A DNA stretch of 64,000 bases, taken from contig CAYSZD010000003.1 of NCBI GenBank assembly GCA_964435515.1, forward strand, positions 13,080 to 77,079, written 5' to 3'. This document shows positions 63,606 through 64,000 of this stretch, piece by piece. The notes under the pieces are model-generated. The model did not search any database and had not been told where the DNA came from. It saw only the letters and a program-made list of their open reading frames with translations. A program made the position numbers and the translations under genes. Source of the DNA: an uncultured Gammaproteobacteria bacterium (GTDB lineage Bacteria > Patescibacteriota > Patescibacteriia > Patescibacteriales > UBA12465). Each line of letters opens with the position of its first letter. Positions within the stretch are counted from its first letter, which is position 1.

Positions 63606-64000
63606 TCAAATTTTTTCTGCTACCCTTAATTTAGCGCTTCTGGACCTGGGATTAAGTGCTAGTTCTTCCATTTCAGCCGTAATTGGTTTTTTACTGATAA
63701 TCTTAAATTTAGCCTGATGCTGACAATTACATAAAGGGACTTCAGGCGGACAAATGCAATCTCGACTCTCAGTTTTTAAATAATTCTTTACTATTCTGTC
63801 TTCTCCGCTATGAAAGGATACTACTACTAATCTTCCTCCTGGTTGTAATATTTTTTCAGCCGCCTCTAGTCCAAACTTTAAACTACTTAATTCATCATTA
63901 GTGGCTATCCTTAATGCTTGAAAAACTTTAGTAGCTGGATGAATCTTAGAATCTGGTCTCATCTTAATCACTCCTTTAATAATATCTACCAATTGCTCTG
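63606..64000 (-). CDS. rsmH: 16S rRNA (cytosine1402-N4)-methyltransferase RsmH, C-terminal part (the gene runs off the window)
   Basis: HPATKVFQALRIATNDEL, VVSFHSGEDRIVK and NPRSRSAKLRVAEK. The frame is open to nt 64000. Confidence 0.9.
   Translation of the reverse strand, partial: EQLVDIIKGVIKMRPDSKIHPATKVFQALRIATNDELSSLKFGLEAAEKILQPGGRLVVVSFHSGEDRIVKNYLKTESRDCICPPEVPLCNCQHQAKFKIISKKPITAEMEELALNPRSRSAKLRVAEKI

Noticed and set aside
1-64000. CRISPR arrays, rRNA or tRNA genes, transposases, toxin-antitoxin pairs.
   Set aside because: All intergenic gaps over 100 bp were read on both strands. No regularly spaced direct repeats were found. No tRNA-like acceptor or T-arm pairs were found. No IS-like inverted repeats with a transposase ORF were found. 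No small two-gene cassettes were found.

Overview
AT-rich, tightly packed bacterial chromosome segment. Hand counts on sample lines give about 23-33% GC in the core. Gene content looks like a reduced-genome Patescibacteria/CPR-type organism; that assignment is an inference from gene content, not a database hit. Housekeeping genes dominate: secE-nusG-rplK-rplA, rpmA, rpsB-tsf, serS, metG, dnaX, pyrG, cca, rsmI, rlmN, tsaC, lower glycolysis (gap, eno, pyk), alr, ftsQ, and an rsmH-ftsL-ftsI-murF block at the right edge. No rRNA, tRNA, CRISPR array, transposase or prophage was seen.

Observations worth a second look:
1. A 28-bp dif-like Xer site lies in the 485-bp gap upstream of the xer gene. It sits where gene orientation switches from + to -, so it is a probable replication terminus.
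2. Two loci (11.9-20.9 kb and 48.7-55.9 kb) each carry one member of two paralogous families. One family is a membrane N-module, fused in locus A to a VirD4/TraD-like ATPase and ATPase-less in locus B. The other is a TM-anchored beta-rich surface protein. Locus B is embedded in an envelope-glycan cluster (DUF4012-like, GT4, GT2, rmlA, rmlD) next to a sigma-region-4/HARE-HTH protein.
3. A tgt homologue has all four Zn ligands substituted.
4. A GT26 (TagA/WecG) domain is fused to a Nudix-like domain.
5. Two GC-richer islands are present. The left-edge one carries a 31-nt inverted promoter/5'UTR element; the other is a single orphan gene with a strong SD that neighbouring genes lack.
6. Extended -10 promoters (TGnTATAAT) recur, several only 6-8 nt from the ATG, suggesting leaderless mRNAs.
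7. A 57-aa ferredoxin is missed by the ORF track.
8. Structured leaders precede the RRM-protein gene and rpmA, and dnaX contains an A7 slippery run with an immediate -1-frame stop.

All calls come from reading the sequence and recalling family motifs. No searches were run.
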